In this document: positions 1 through 16,129 of the stretch, piece by piece
Numbering within the stretch: the stretch's first letter is position 1
Layout of the letters: each line of letters begins with the position of its first letter
Source: Eledone cirrhosa
Taxonomy: Eukaryota
DNA: 64,000 nt
Assembly (NCBI GenBank): GCA_964016885.1
Contig: OZ024747.1
Span: 19,220,001-19,284,000, forward strand
Direction of reading: 5' to 3'
Program-made: the position numbers and the translations under genes
The notes under the pieces: generated by a model
Seen by the model: the letters and a program-made list of their open reading frames with translations, nothing else
What the model was told of the DNA's origin: nothing
The model's database searches: none

Positions 1-546
1 ACAGACAGAAATGGTTACATCGTAAATATAAGAATATAAAGTCGCGCGCATAAAAACGCCTGGACACTCGTACACTTAGATGCGGAAAGAAAGGAGGTAA
101 AGAGAGTATAATAATTAAAAGAAAAGTATCAGTCTCGATATATTTAAAAAAATATAGTAACGATAAATTAGAAAGAAAAGAAAGAAAGAAAAAATTAAAG
201 AAAACAAAAAAAGGGGGGGTACATACATACACAGACACGCGTGTCTCACAAAAGAAATGTAAAAATAATTATGCTTATATACACACGCGCACTTACACTT
301 CCATACGTTCGATACGTACATACACACACACACACATACTTATACTCGCGCATATAAACCTGTTTGCATGCCCACGTATGAAACTGAGTAAGTAACAAAA
401 GAGGGAAGGGTGGGGGGAGAAGAAAAAAGGAACAAAAACATAAAACCGAAATGTCAAAAACACGGATATAAAGACACTTACACATACGCATAATATATAC
501 ATACACACACACACAAACACCTGTACACACACACATACATACACGC

Positions 547-577
<31 letters not shown>

Positions 578-962
578 CATACACGCACGCGCGCGCACAT
601 ACGTAGTCACTCATGTACATATATAAAAAGTATACACACATTAAGGCGTTCAGCCATATTGAAATGTGGATAAATAAGTACAAATATAAAATTGTAAGAT
701 AGGCTGCGCAAAAATAAAATAAAAATAAAAATGAAAAATATATCTGGATTGAAAAACACAAAAGACAAGTATAATCAGTTAGTGGAGGAAAAAGGGAAGT
801 AAAAGAAGGGGAAGTAAAAAATAGAAAATAGGAAGTGGATCGGAGAATAAAGGGGGGGGGGGTGAAGTAAAAATAAATAAAAGTGAAAATAAATGAAATT
901 ATTGACAAGGATAAGAATGAAAGTAAGTCAGAAAGGGTAATTAAAAAGAGAATAATAAGAGT
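1..962 (-). mobile_element. Probable long low-complexity 3' UTR of the Penelope-like element (runs off the window)
   Basis: Immediately downstream of the GIY-YIG stop; T-rich on the minus strand with CA/TA tracts; no HHR seen within the window. Confidence 0.45.
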
Positions 963-1976
963 TTATGGAGGATAAGTATCTGAAAGTGTGTTAAGTTTAT
1001 ATGAGCTGGAAAGCAGGTGTGATTTCATGTATGGGCAACTGGTAAAAATTTCCGTCTTTGTGTTCAGGCAGGTCTTTGGTGATTTAAGATTTTGCAATAT
1101 CCAAAATTTTTCATTTATGCAGAGCGTGCATTTTCTTGTTCCTCTAGCATATTTTTTAGATTGGTTCAAAATTGACCAATCTAGTTTATATTGGATGCCT
1201 TGGTCTTTCAAATCCCAGATTCTGCTAGCCAGAGCTGTTGTAAATCTTTTTTCTGGATGTCGAAAGGATGCGACATGTGAGTAATAACGCGTTTTGAATC
1301 TGTCTTGCGTCATACCCACATATCGTTCACTGGTGACTGGATGGTTGTTGCTGATGGTTGTCACATTAGCCGCATATACAATGGCTTTGGTGTTGCATTT
1401 GTAATGGGCATTCACTTTTGATTCTACAGGAGCAAGTTTGATTTTCTCTAGGTGATGTTTTGTTGAGGATATAGGACTTAATAGGGGGACCGCAGGAATA
1501 GCTAATTTTAACACAGTTTCTGTTAAAGATCTTATAGTATCTATGTGTTCTAGGGAAATGTTTATCTAGGAGTTCTAGGAATTTTTTGCCTACATTAGTT
1601 TTAACTGCTAGAGAGTAGGGGGGTGTGAACCAGATTATTTTTCTTTTCCTATTTTTATGTTTAATAGAGTTAGTGTAGTTAGGTATGTATTTAATCGGTT
1701 CGCTAAAGCCGCTATTTTGGAGGGCTTTATTATAGTAGGGGGATGCCTTATTGAAAATAGCTTCTGATGAAGAGAGGGTGGAGATCCTACGGCTAATATT
1801 AGGGATAAGGTTTTTAAAAACTATAGGTGGATGGCAAGATCCTTTATTTATATATTTTAAGTTTTCATTAGGTTTATGGTATGGTTTATAAGAAGCAGTA
1901 GGCAAATCTAAGTTTATATCTAGGAAATCTACATTGGAAAGGTTAGTATCAATAGTAATTTTAAGATTAAAACTAG

Positions 1977-1980
<4 letters not shown>
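963..1980 (-). pseudogene. 5'-truncated Penelope-like element: RT C-terminus/thumb + C-terminal GIY-YIG endonuclease, frameshifted
   Basis: Minus strand reads FNLKITIDTNLSNVDFLDINLDL-PTASYKPYHKP...SCHPP...IIWFTPPY...KIFNRNCVKISYSC...CSCRIKSECPL. After a frameshift near 1400 it reads IVYAANVT...YVGMT..RFKTRYYSH...CTLCINEK...LNTKTE (GIY-YIG). Truncated against (TA)n at 1981. Confidence 0.9.
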
Positions 1981-2027
<47 letters not shown>

Positions 2028-2276
2028 CTGGTGATTTCTCAAGAATGAAACAGTTCTAGTCTATATATATATTACACACACAGAAATGTATATAGATTTC
2101 TGTCTGTGTATATATATATATATATTACACACACAGAAATGTATATATATTTCTTAGAACAAAATTATTATTATTAATGTTTTGCTGTTCATAACAATTG
2201 GAATTGAAAAATTACTTTTGAAATTATTAGTTATTTTACTAATGCTTAGATATGTAAAAATGAAGCAATGTTTCTA

Positions 2277-2468
2277 ATAATTGTTTCTACTTTTGGCACA
2301 AGGCCAGCAATTACCCAGTACATTACTGGTACTTTATTTTATCGACCCCGTGAGGATGAAAGGCAAAGTTAACCTCGGCGGTATTTGAACTCAGACCGTA
2401 AAGAGACGTAACTCCATGCTATGAAGCATGGTGTCCGACTCTCTACAGATTCTGCCAATCCACCGCCC
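2277..2468 (-). mobile_element. tRNA-derived SINE
   Basis: Reverse complement has A-box TGGCAGAATC, B-box GAGTTCAAATACC, core GCCTTTCATCCTCACGGGGTCGATAAAATAAAGTACCAG and tail AGAAACAATTATT; near-identical to 53238-53427. Confidence 0.9.
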
Positions 2469-4926
2469 TAATGTCTGTACGTAATGAGGGAGTGAGAGGG
2501 GAGAGAAAGAAAGGCAGAGGTGAAGTGACGAAGTGACTCTCTCCTCCTCCTCCATCTCCCCATTCGTCACAGCGATAGAGGGGAGGAATGTTAGTGTGTT
2601 ACAAAGAGAAAGAGTGAGAGTGAGAGAAACAGACAGACTAAAAGAGAGGGATAGCTGGAGAGAGATAGCAACCACGCGTGCACGTGTTTCCACTGTCGGA
2701 CAGACAGACAGAGAAATTGCTGGTTATATATTATAAGGAGATTAGCTCTATGAAAATTAGAAACATTATAAGATGTATAAGATAGGAGCCAGTCAGGGTC
2801 TCTCTACGCTCTTCGAGTGCTCGATCTGGTAGACATAGCAGCCAAAAAGTAAAGAGTTGGAACAAACACAAACAAAACATTTTGTTCGACGCTCTACTAA
2901 TTCTGCCCTTATGTCTATGTATATATTAAGACTTGGCAAGGACGGGACAGATGAAGGTTATGGGGTTCAATGTTTCATTGCACTGGTTACATCGTCAGCA
3001 TTAAATGTTAAGATCTTCTTTCACTATTTTATTGTAATTGTCTGTATGTTTATAACCAGACTTGTGTAATCGTGTGCAGCTAGAATCAGGCCTTCTGTTT
3101 TATTTAAATCCTCCTCACCACCATCATTTTCTTCTTCTTCTTCTTCAAGATATTTTATCATCATATTAATACTGTTATAAGCATAACCTCCATCATCACC
3201 CTTCTGATCAACATTATTTTGATCGCCCATGATCATGAATTAGCTTAGAAATTATTTTTTCCCAACGTCTACTTATTCCCCAGCCCCATTTCTTTTCATA
3301 TAATTTTTCTTTCTAATGCAGCAAAATTTTCGACGCAAATCCACCCAGGAATACATCAATTTCAAACTAAGTCTGTTAAAAAAAAATATTCCACAAACCT
3401 TTCTTTTTCTCTTTTCTGCTTTCTCTTAACTTAATATTTAATTTTCACTTGAAAAAAAAAAGAAACGAAATCACCAAAATAAACGAAAATAATAGTAATT
3501 CTACGAAGGAGTTGCATTGTCTATCATTCTTAAATAACCATCTGTAAACCGAAGTTTAATGTTGAAGCAGAATAATAAATCATACCAGCTGGCATATTGT
3601 TCCAAACTTTATCTAAATTCCATATTCTCTATTTCAGTTTTAATTCCTTCTGTTGTTCATGTGCTTTATATGCAGCCTATTTTTATTGTTTTTTTCCTTA
3701 TATATTGACAAGATTGACTCCATAATAATAACCAAATGTTCAGAATAACAAAAGCTAAACGACCTTTTGAGTATCTTTCAAATGGAACCTGTCATTACTT
3801 AAGAAGTTATCCATGTGGTCTGCTCTCGTTTGCTTTCCGTTCAAATCTAATGACATCCATTTATATAAATAATTCTCTGAAAGTTATCCGGTTCCTGTAA
3901 CGTCTTTCAACATCACACTGATTATTTCTTAAACAAACTATTTCTCTATGCTGAAATTTAGATATAAGGAAGTTCAGCCGAATGCTTCAATTCCTTAAAT
4001 ATATGCTTGCAAGATGTTTGTGTAACGTAATGAGTAGAATGACAAGTAATATGCTTTCCAGTATTTTGTCCCACCACTTAAGCTTTTAAGTTAAAATTGT
4101 AGTATGGTTGACTTCGATGTTAATTCTTACAGGTCCAATAAAAAAAGTACCAGTAAAGTGCAGCAGTGACCCCAGTTGACTATACATTCCCCTCAAAGAA
4201 ATTAGTGGTACTTAATTTTGATGTGAAAAGGCAAAGTTGACCTCACCGAGATATGAACCCAGAATATAAAGACATAGAACAAAGAATATAAAGTATTTTC
4301 TCCGACGCTCTCGTTTGCTTTCTGTTCAAATCTAATGACACCCATTTATATAAATAATTAATGATTACAATGTCTCATTTTTAAAGCAGTTCTGTAACCA
4401 ACGTTGTTGTTCTTGCCCAGGTCAAACATGCTCAAGTAAAGTTATGGTATTTCCCTCCACTGTGAAGAAGATGATGAATCTCAGAAGCAAAGTAGAGCAT
4501 GCAATATTTTATACTATGCTCAACGGTACAATAAGTGGATTTAGGGAGTTGAATTAAAAATGCTTGGGTACTTTCCGGTTCACTGCACTCTGAGTTCAAA
4601 TCTCGCCAAGATCAACATAATTCTCTCATGTAATTTTACAATTTAGTTACAGGATCTAACCAGTCATTGTTGTCATCATTGTTGTTGTTTAACCATATGT
4701 TAGCCCTGAGCTGGTGGATCTATGATCAAATATGTTCTAGGCCTGACAAACTTGTATTTATTTTCAGACATAGTGTATCATATGTTACATTAAGAAAAAC
4801 GTGTATACCTTTTTTTTTAAATATAAAGACGGTTGGCAGCGTCTGGTAGGATGGAGATCTGGCTGCTATTTCTTACTACATTATAGATGTACCATACTGA
4901 TTTCTAGTATATTATAGATGAACCAT

Positions 4927-5145
4927 AATGGTTTCTTATATAGGCACAAGGCCAGCAATTTTGGGGATGGGGAAAGTCGATTAAATCGACTCCAGTGCAT
5001 GACTGGTACTTTATTATATCGACCCCGTAAGGATGAAAGGCAAAGTTAACCTCGGCGGGATTTGAACTCAGATCATAAAGGTCCGTAACTCTATGCTGCA
5101 AAGCATGGCGTCCGACTCTCTACCGATACTGCCAATCCACCGCCC
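4927..5145 (-). mobile_element. tRNA-derived SINE with probable ~15-bp TSD
   Basis: Same head and core as the other copies; flanked by ttatagatgaaccat (4912-4926) and ttatagaggtaccat (5146-5160). Confidence 0.88.
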
Positions 5146-5224
5146 TTATAGAGGTACCATGATAAAAAAATATATTGAAAGGAAACCGAGCACACGAAAA
5201 TCGTAGAAGACCGTTTGTTGGTTC

Positions 5225-5415
5225 GTTGCCAATGGTGATATTTGTTCTGGATCTTTACATTCTGAGTTCAAAACTCATCAAGGTTAAATTTGCCTTTCAT
5301 CCTTCCGGGTTCGATAAAATAAAGAACTAGTCAAGTACTGGGGATGATTTAATTAACCTTGCCCTTCCCCCAAATTTTCCGGGCTTGTGTTTAAACTGGA
5401 AATCAATATATTATT
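5225..5415 (+). mobile_element. Diverged SINE copy
   Basis: ctgagttcaaa B-box and tgcctttcatccttccgggttcgataaaataaag core. Confidence 0.75.
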
Positions 5416-6541
5416 AAGCAGCTTAGATACACATTTTTATTTGCGTTATGTTGTGACATAACTATGGAGTAACCTTAGGATTGCAAGAGATTGTAGTTAT
5501 CAGCGACAAGTAGCATTATAACAAATTGCTCGTATTCATTAACAGCTGGATACATTTGTTTGACTATTACGATATGCCTTTTATTAAATATAGAATAACA
5601 GTGTCTCGTATCGTATATGCTAACAGCTTAGTTAATCGCATTTGAGCGTAAACCGATAGTGAATATGATATAGAGGTTAACGAATTCCTTTCAATATATT
5701 TTTATTATGGTACAACTATAATGTAGTACAATTTATCCATATAATTTATATGGGTTTGAGAAGAACTGAGTGAGAATGACGTGTCATACATGTACATCAG
5801 TGTTAGAATGAGTGGAAGTCCGACGTATATTTCATTCCATTCCAATCTATTCTCTTCTATTGTATTCTGTTTCTATACATCAGGATTTAATCTCAGATGA
5901 AAAGCTAATATTTTATCGAATTGGTAACAGTTTCAGCATTATCATATTGATGTATTGATTTCTTAATTGAATGTAATGAGAATTCCTGGAGACTAGTGGT
6001 GATTTGTGTTAGTAAAAGTCAAAAGAGTAATGTTAGGTTGCCATGGGGAGAAGAAATATCTAATGGTTCCAGTAGAGCCCCCCCCCCCCCCCCCTCCGCA
6101 GTTCGGCAATTAGTCGGATCCTAATTTATAGAACTGCTAGAAAACCTATCCACGTTAACTCGACTTGACGAATTCCTCCAAAACATTATGGAATCCTACA
6201 TTCAACAATGTAGTCCCAGATATGATGGATCCTTAGTCAGTTTCGGTGATGTGCATTCAACTGAACGTCCTACTCATTAAATTAATTTTTAAATGGGCGA
6301 GTATACCACAGAGGCTTGTACCTTAACGCAATTCACAGGAGAAATGGCTTGATGTTTAAATTACAATTAGGATTCACCCAATGAGGTTTTACACAGTTTC
6401 CGTCTACTCAGGCTTGGGATAATCTGAGATCATCGCAAAAAACACTTGCCAAAGACAATACGTAGTGGCATCGAATCTGGGACTACGACTGACCTAGGAC
6501 TATCACAACAAAAACCTTTTAGTCATAGGTCTGTTTGATCA

Positions 6542-6972
6542 GATATGGCTTGACACTACATAGCAACAACATTCAGCTCTGACCGAACACGGTTGATATG
6601 GCTTGATATTACGTAGCAACAACATTCAGATCTGACCGATCAGGGTTGATCTGGCTTGATACTAAATAGCAACACCATTCAGCTCTGACTGTACAGGACT
6701 GATCTGGCTTTAAACTAAATAGTAACACCATTCAGCTCAGACTCATCAGGACTGATATGGCTTGATACTAAATAGCAACACCATTCAGCTCAGACTCATC
6801 AGGACTAATATGGCTTGATACTAAATAGCAACACCATTCAGCTCTGACTGTACAGGACTGATCTGGCTTTAAACTAAATAGCAACACCATTCAGCTCAGA
6901 CTCATCAGGACTGATCTGGCTTTAAACTAAATAGCAACACCATTCAGCTCTGACTGTACAGGACTGATCTGG
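6542..6972. repeat. 53-bp minisatellite, about 8 units
   Basis: Unit gatctggctttaaactaaatagcaacaccattcagctctgactgtacaggact; gatatgg recurs at 6542 and 6595. Confidence 0.9.
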
Positions 6973-7434
6973 TATTACACAACAACAGCATAAAACAATA
7001 AAGTTTGAAAGTATCTTATCTTACAATAAACTTTCAAAATTTAAATACGCTCAAGGGTTCGTAAAACGACTGTTTCATTAAAAAAAAAATGCTGAAAGAT
7101 TATTAGAAAGCAAAAGAAATACAATTAGTTGGGGCAGGTAAGATCTTAAGAATATTGAACGGAGCAAGAGGCAATTGTAGTATAAGTAGTAAAGATTGGT
7201 TATGTAACAACTCGATTATTGGTTGGCTAAGAATTTGCAGGTTTTCTCTTTTTGTAGAATACTAAATTTAAATAATGGGGGTGGGCAGTTAGTAAGTGTG
7301 AATTTTCATGTGTAATTATACTCATGGTTCCAAATTAGGTTTGAAAAATATTTGAGAGAGCAGGTTTATTTCTGTTAACAAAACTTTCTTTTTTTCTTTT
7401 TTTCTTTCTTACACCGACGCCCCTCCTCCCCCAT

Positions 7435-7521
<87 letters not shown>

Positions 7522-8224
7522 TGTGAGTTTATGTGTGTATGTGCGCGCGTGTGTGTATGTGTGTGTGTGTGTCTTTTCAAATGCCCTCATGTTCTTATCA
7601 TATTCCCCTTACACATCGGAAAACATGTTGTACAAATAACTACAACAACAAAAGCAGTTAAAAAAATATCGATTCACTATGAAGGTTAGGTAACAATTCG
7701 TTTGCAGAGCATTTGATTAGAAGCTAGAAATAATTAATTTTTTTTATATTTTTTTTTTTAAAAATAACTGAAAAGTTATCTTCATTGAATACGTGAAAAC
7801 AAAGGCAAGAAAGAAATCGGTAATATAGAAACAATTAGACAACGAACAATGATTTATGGGCATTTAGTCATTTTCCGGGAAGTTGAGAGGATGCTAGAGA
7901 TGGTAAATGGGAAATATAGGATGGGGAGGATGAAGCTCTTCCTGTTCCTTTTATTTATAACACTCATTTATTGAATAATTCATTGTGTTTTTTTTATTGT
8001 CTGTTTGTTGGTTTTTTTTTTTTTTTTTTAGAGTGTTTTTCTTTTGTCATAATGACGGTCCACGCAACAAATTTCATGGCAAAATGGAGGCTATATTGAG
8101 TTTTCAAGATTGCTGGAGGTCGGCGAGTAGTGATGATGATGATGATGATGATGATGATGCTGAGGATGAGGATGATGATGATGATGATAATCATGTTAAT
8201 AACACCTCCACCGCCACATAATAC

Positions 8225-8256
<32 letters not shown>

Positions 8257-8871
8257 CCACCACCACCACCACCACCACCACCACCACCACCACCACCACC
8301 AACAACAACAATAAAAGTGATAATAAGCAGAAGGAGGAGCAGGAGGAGGGAACTATGTAGTAAATACCAATGGGCAAACACAGAAACATTCACTCAGAAA
8401 TAATTACAAGAAATAACAGAAGAGGAAGAGGTGGAGGAAGAGGTGGAAGAGGAAGAGGTGGAAGAGGAAGGGGAGGTGGAGGAAGAGGTGGAAGAGGAAG
8501 ACGAAGAAGAGGAAGGAGGAAGAGGAGGAAGGAGGAAGAGGAGGTGGAAGAGGAGGAGGAAGAGGTGGAAGAGGGAAGAAGAGGAAGAGAAAAGAAAGAA
8601 GTAGAGGTGGCAGAAGAGGTGGAAGGAGAGGTAAAAGAAGAGGATGAAGTAGGAAATAAGGAGGAATAAGAAGAGGAGGAGGAAGGGGAGAAAGAAGAGG
8701 TAGAAGAAGTAAAAGAAGAGGAAGGGGAGGAAGAAGATGAAGCAGTAGAAGAGGAAGAAGGAAAGGTTGATTATTTCTTTCAATCGCTGAAAGAGCATGA
8801 TATAATATTGATGAGAATGATGATAATGATGACAGTGATGATGATAATGATGGTGATGATGATAATGATGG

Positions 8872-8922
<51 letters not shown>

Positions 8923-9254
8923 CGATGACGATGCCTCAGTAGCATACGGTGTGACTTGGGCACTTTAAATCTTCGGGTTTGGACACACCAGAGTTCTTCC
9001 CGAGAAGGATAGAGAGAGAGAGATAGAAAGAGACAGATGGACAGAAAGACAGAAAGAGATAGATGAAGAGAGAGAGAGAAAGAGACAGAGGGAGAGAGAG
9101 AACGAGAGTGTGAGAGAGAGAGAGAGAGATGAGAGAATTATAGAGAAAGAATTGACTCTTGTACTAGACTAGTATTTTTTATATCGACCGCTAAAGGATG
9201 AAAGGCAAAGTTGATTTCAACATTATGCAAGTGTTAAAAGACATACCATACTGT

Positions 9255-9760
9255 CTTCTAATTTAGGCATAAAGCCAGCAAATTTTAGGGAGGACACAGT
9301 TGATTAAATCAACCCCAGTATTTCATTTATACTATATTTTATTGGCTTCGTAGGGATGAAAAGCAAAATTGACCCTGGTGGAATTCGAACTCAGATAGTG
9401 CAGAGAGCCGGATACTGTAAAGCAGTCATGGGCAACCTGCGGCCTGCGAAGCTTTCTGAATGGCTCGCCTAAGTCACCTAAGTGAAATCTTTCTGATTTT
9501 TTTTACCCCAACTTTTCAGTCGTAATTTATCTTTCTATTTTTACGAACGATGAAAACAACGTGTACGAATTCTGAAGAAACAAATCAAAACAACTGGAGT
9601 TACCACCATTTTTTTTATGTGGGCACGAATGTAAATTAGCACTTGCGGCTCGCCTGATGATGAGCCATATCTCATGTGGCCCGCTTCTCGAAAAAGGTTA
9701 CCCATGTCTGCTGTAAAGCATTCTATTAGATGTTCTAACGACTCTAAACAAATGAATTCA
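9255..9760 (-). mobile_element. Diverged SINE interrupted by a hAT MITE
   Basis: SINE core/B-box at 9255-9422 (gatgaaaagcaaaattgaccctggtggaattcgaactcag); the head continues after 9718. Confidence 0.65.
9423..9710. mobile_element. Non-autonomous hAT MITE (288 bp)
   Basis: Imperfect TIRs CAGTCATGGGCAACCT / AGGTTACCCATGTCTG and a perfect 8-bp TSD ctgtaaag (9415-9422; 9711-9718). A partial second copy lies at 55311-55454. Confidence 0.9.
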
Positions 9761-10177
9761 CCGTCTCTAAACAAGCTATGCATACCATTACTTGCATACA
9801 AAATCAAACCAGCCAAGGCAACAATTGAAACTGTGTTCCCACAAAACAAACTCTATATATCACCACATCCAATCGAAACAAAAACCACATCTACCACCTC
9901 CACTCAGACGACTCTACATATATCTACCTCTACCTCAATTAACTCCACATACTGCTAATCTCAATTGAAACACACATATCTTCGCAAAAGAAATGATAGC
10001 GAGAAAAGTTTATAGAAAACTAATTAGGCTTGATACCTACTTTTTCTGTGATTAATTCTAAACTGTCTTTATTGAGTAGAAATCTAGACGAAAAAGATAA
10101 AAAAAACTGTTGTTTATGTGCATGTGGATATATGCATTTGTTGTGTATATATGCAAATACAAATATATATGTGTATG

Positions 10178-10416
<239 letters not shown>

Positions 10417-10491
10417 GTATGCATATATATATATGTACATATATATATATATAATATATAAGAACAAAAGATGGTTAAAAGAGTTCCATGT

Positions 10492-10560
10492 ATTTTATTA
10501 TGCGCATTTCAAAAACAATTATCATCATGCAATAATATTTGTGTTTTCATCAGATAAAAT
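10492..10560 (-). ncRNA. Type I hammerhead ribozyme (family G) in small element 10460-10710
   Basis: Minus: AUUUUAU-CUGAUGA-long stem II-GAAA-UGCGCA-UA-AUAAAAU; 7-bp stem I and palindromic stem III. Confidence 0.85.
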
Positions 10561-10706
10561 AGGAAGACATGATATGGAGGTTAAAAAACACTTGTGGATA
10601 ATGCAGTTGTTCTTATATATTATGTATACTCCAGTCCTACAAACTGTAGAGTGCTTCTTATCCGATATCTGCATTGCTTTATTGTACTACAATAAAACTC
10701 ACCTCC

Positions 10707-10792
<86 letters not shown>

Positions 10793-11005
10793 TGCATGTA
10801 AATGTAAATATTTTTATATGTAAGGGGGTGTCAATGTGCATGTATGTAAAAATGTTTATATATGCGTATAAGACAGTGTGTGAGATCTTTTTTAAAATTA
10901 TGTTATCGATATATATTATTTACATACACGCATACACACACATTCACACACACATATACACACACACACATACACACATATATATATATACATACATACA
11001 TACAC

Positions 11006-11148
<143 letters not shown>

Positions 11149-11210
11149 TATAGATATATATATATAAAGTTAAATAAAAGTCAAATGATTAAAATTTAGC
11201 TTCGTTTATT

Positions 11211-11265
11211 ACTGCTATATATATTTCAGTGACAGCCATCTTTGGCTGTGACCTCTTCAGGCAGT
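11211..11265 (-). ncRNA. Type I hammerhead ribozyme (family B) in element 11165-11335
   Basis: Minus: ACUGC-CUGAAGA-GGUCACAGCC aaagau GGCUGUCACU-GAAA-UAUAUA-UA-GCAGU. Confidence 0.88.
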
Positions 11266-11333
11266 TTGAATTAGTATGGTATAGACAAGTACATATGTTG
11301 TTTAGGTGTAATACAACCAACATAAACTCAAAA

Positions 11334-11475
<142 letters not shown>

Positions 11476-11748
11476 AATATGATAATAATGGAGCTGCGGC
11501 GCTGCAAATGGGTTACATATGAAAAAGTTTGTCCTCATCAGTGGCCATCCAACCGTCGTAGGCATTTCGTCGCATTAAAGGCCATATACCTCAGGTTGGT
11601 GCGAGCAACGGCTAAAAAAAAGTCGTTGGGACACGTAAATAAAGGGGACGCTAGGGTAAACATATATATATGTTTATATGAGAACAGAGGCGTATTTGTA
11701 TTTGGTTTTATTAGGTTATAATTGAATCTATATAAACATAAATACGTA

Positions 11749-11864
<116 letters not shown>

Positions 11865-11907
11865 ATATATATAAATATATATATATGTGTGTGTATTTAT
11901 ATATGTG

Positions 11908-11941
<34 letters not shown>

Positions 11942-12033
11942 TATATATATTTGTAAGTATGTGTAGTAATAATAATAAATCTGTTATTTTAATAATATAT
12001 ATATATATATGTGCATATATATATATATATATA

Positions 12034-12117
<84 letters not shown>

Positions 12118-12331
12118 TATAAATATATATAACCAACGTTTAATATGGTTCATTGATTACTCAATGAATATGGTTTTACAATAGATAACAAGCACTCTAC
12201 ACGAAAGTTTTCTGGAGTTATTATTATTCAGAATAATAATAAATGAAGACATTCACATAATCAAAATATATGTTTTATTATATATATTTCGAAGGTACTG
12301 TGCTGTTTTTTCAGTACGTCCTCGTCATGTA

Positions 12332-12393
12332 TTTTATCTGACGAGGACGTACTGAAAAAACAGCTTAGTACCTTCGAAATATATATAATAAAA
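12332..12393 (+). ncRNA. Type I hammerhead ribozyme (family C) in fold-back element 12132-12430
   Basis: UUUUAU-CUGACGA-GGACGUACU...AGUACCUUC-GAAA-UAUAUA-UA-AUAAAA; a truncated inverted copy lies at about 12273-12327. Confidence 0.85.
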
Positions 12394-12437
12394 CATATAT
12401 TTTGATGATGTGAATGTTTTCTTTTATTTTTATTCTG

Positions 12438-12503
<66 letters not shown>

Positions 12504-12543
12504 CATAGATATATAGGTATATACATGCATATATATATACATA

Positions 12544-12659
<116 letters not shown>

Positions 12660-12668
12660 AACTGACTA

Positions 12669-12724
12669 ACTGCCTGATGAGGTCATAGCCATTCAATGGC
12701 TATCATCGAAATATATATAGCAGT
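12669..12724 (+). ncRNA. Type I hammerhead ribozyme (family B variant)
   Basis: ACUGC-CUGAUGA-GGUCAUAGCCAU uca AUGGCUAUCAUC-GAAA-UAUAUA-UA-GCAGU; stem II covaries with family B. Confidence 0.88.
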
Positions 12725-12752
12725 AAATAAAGGACTATGAGTTCATGCAATT

Positions 12753-13459
<707 letters not shown>

Positions 13460-13542
13460 TATATACATATACATAGATATATAGGTATATACATGCATAT
13501 ATATACATATATATATCATATATATATATATATATATGTGTG

Positions 13543-13581
<39 letters not shown>

Positions 13582-13849
13582 ATGTGTGTTTGTGTGCGAG
13601 AGTGTAAGTACATTCGCGTATGTGTGTGTACATATATATATGCAGTGTATGTCTGCAGTGTATGTGTGTATATGTGTGATGTAGTTGTTACATGGTAATG
13701 GAATCAATATTCACATAGCGATATTATATTCGATATCTTTACCTGTGATATACTCTTATTTAGAAAGTAATCTCCGTCTCAAGATAGAACACGGAATCAT
13801 CGTCTGTCTCCAAAACATACTGGTACTGTCTACTGCTGTAGCCATACAG

Positions 13850-14030
<181 letters not shown>

Positions 14031-14074
14031 TATTTATATCTATATTTATATATAAATATATTTATATTTATATT

Positions 14075-14176
<102 letters not shown>

Positions 14177-14315
14177 GGAGGTGAGTTTTATTGTAGTACA
14201 ATAAAGCAATGCAGATATCGGATAAGAAGCACTCTACAGTTTGTAGGACTGGAGTATACATAATTAAAACTGCACTATCCACAAGTGTTTTTTAACCTTC
14301 ATATCATGTCTTCCT

Positions 14316-14384
14316 ATTTTATTTGATGAAAACACAAATATTATTGCATGATGATATTTGTTTTTGAAATGCGCATAATAAAAT
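14316..14384 (+). ncRNA. Hammerhead motif, family G, with C3>U core mutation (element 14174-14417)
   Basis: attttat-TTGATGA-stem II-gaaa-tgcgca-ta-ataaaat; inverted copy of 10460-10710. Confidence 0.7.
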
Positions 14385-14413
14385 ACATGGAGCTCTTTTA
14401 ACCATCTTTTGTT

Positions 14414-14488
<75 letters not shown>

Positions 14489-14520
14489 TTGTATTTGTAT
14501 TTATATATATATATATATAT

Positions 14521-14667
14521 AACGAAGGAAATGTGGTGAGGAACCTGGTGGACCATAACGCACCAAAGTACTCAATACTTAGGGTAGAAGAGTGGGTAAT
14601 TTTTTTTTTTTAGTCCAGAATTAGCCGTCGAAACGGCTTGAGCTCAGCCGTCGGGGTCCTACTCGTT

Positions 14668-14669
<2 letters not shown>
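14521..14669. mobile_element. Small inverted element, family D (other copies 15806-15946 and 24672-24870), with hammerhead 3' half
   Basis: GAAA-CGGC-loop-GCCG-UC-GGGG (stem III + GUC site). The CUGAUGA half is lost at the inversion point in every copy. Inserted in (TA)n. Confidence 0.65.
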
Positions 14670-14711
<42 letters not shown>

Positions 14712-14793
14712 AGAAAGGGAGAGGGAAGGTGAGAATGAGACATACACATATGTTTATATGTACAGGTATATCTTCTCTCTATATAGTGCAACC

Positions 14794-14834
<41 letters not shown>

Positions 14835-14977
14835 GACACAAACACATATACACACATACACATACGTATATACATATATATAGACACACAATCATATTAC
14901 TCGCGCATACGCTGAAGCTTATATCACAAAAAATATATGTGTATATATATATATGTGTGTATATATATATACACATA

Positions 14978-15008
<31 letters not shown>

Positions 15009-15110
15009 GTATGGGTGTATGCATGCATGTTTGTATGTATCTATATTTGTAAGTATGTGTAGTAATAATAATAAATCTGTTATTTTAATAATATATATAT
15101 ATATATGTGC

Positions 15111-15156
<46 letters not shown>

Positions 15157-15359
15157 CTGTATGTGTGTCTGTGTGTATGTGTATATGTGTATTTGTATAT
15201 ATACATATTGTATACTTTAAGATTAGATCAATGTCATCGGAAGGTTTAACACACAGATTGTAAAAATGAATATTTGTAGCAGCAAAGTAGCTTATAATAT
15301 AGAATGAAAAGATGAAAGGTCATGGAACTACGTATAGTGCCGAGTATGGGAAGCACTAT

Positions 15360-15442
<83 letters not shown>

Positions 15443-15531
15443 AAAGGTAAACAGAAATAACAACACAATCGGTACAGTATATGGAAGGTATATATTAGGT
15501 TAACGCTTGATATAGCAGGAAGAGGGACTTA

Positions 15532-15586
<55 letters not shown>

Positions 15587-15627
15587 CACATATATATATA
15601 TATATATATAGCAGGAAGAGGGACTTA

Positions 15628-15806
<179 letters not shown>

Positions 15807-15966
15807 ACGAAGGAGGTGTGGTAAGGAACCAGATGGACCATAACGCACCAGAGTACTCAATACTTAGGGTAGTAGAGTGGTTATTTCTGGACTGAAATAG
15901 CCGTCGAAACGGCTTGAGTTCTGCCGTCGGGGTTAAACTTTTTCCTATATATATATATATACATAT

Positions 15967-16015
<49 letters not shown>

Positions 16016-16129
16016 CATACACGCACCCCCCTCCCACACACACATATATATATAGCAGAATACAAATATTTAATATAAAAATGGGTTCTACAGGACTAGA
16101 ACTGTTTCATTTGGGAGAAAGTATCAAGC

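Noticed and set aside
3024-3236. 70-aa acidic minus-strand ORF; similar short ORFs at 27875-28138 and 62586-62780
   Set aside because: No recognisable domain or convincing splice context.
6542-6972. Regularly spaced repeats resembling a CRISPR array (also the 310-bp array)
   Set aside because: Units repeat over their whole length with no unique spacers; eukaryotic context; no cas genes.
9645-9670. CTGATGA inside the hAT MITE (also ~55398)
   Set aside because: No correctly placed stem II-GAAA-stem III-UH; not a hammerhead.
11505-11580. Minus-strand CTGATGAGGAC with an upstream CGAAA
   Set aside because: Stems I and II cannot be closed convincingly; at most a rearranged remnant.
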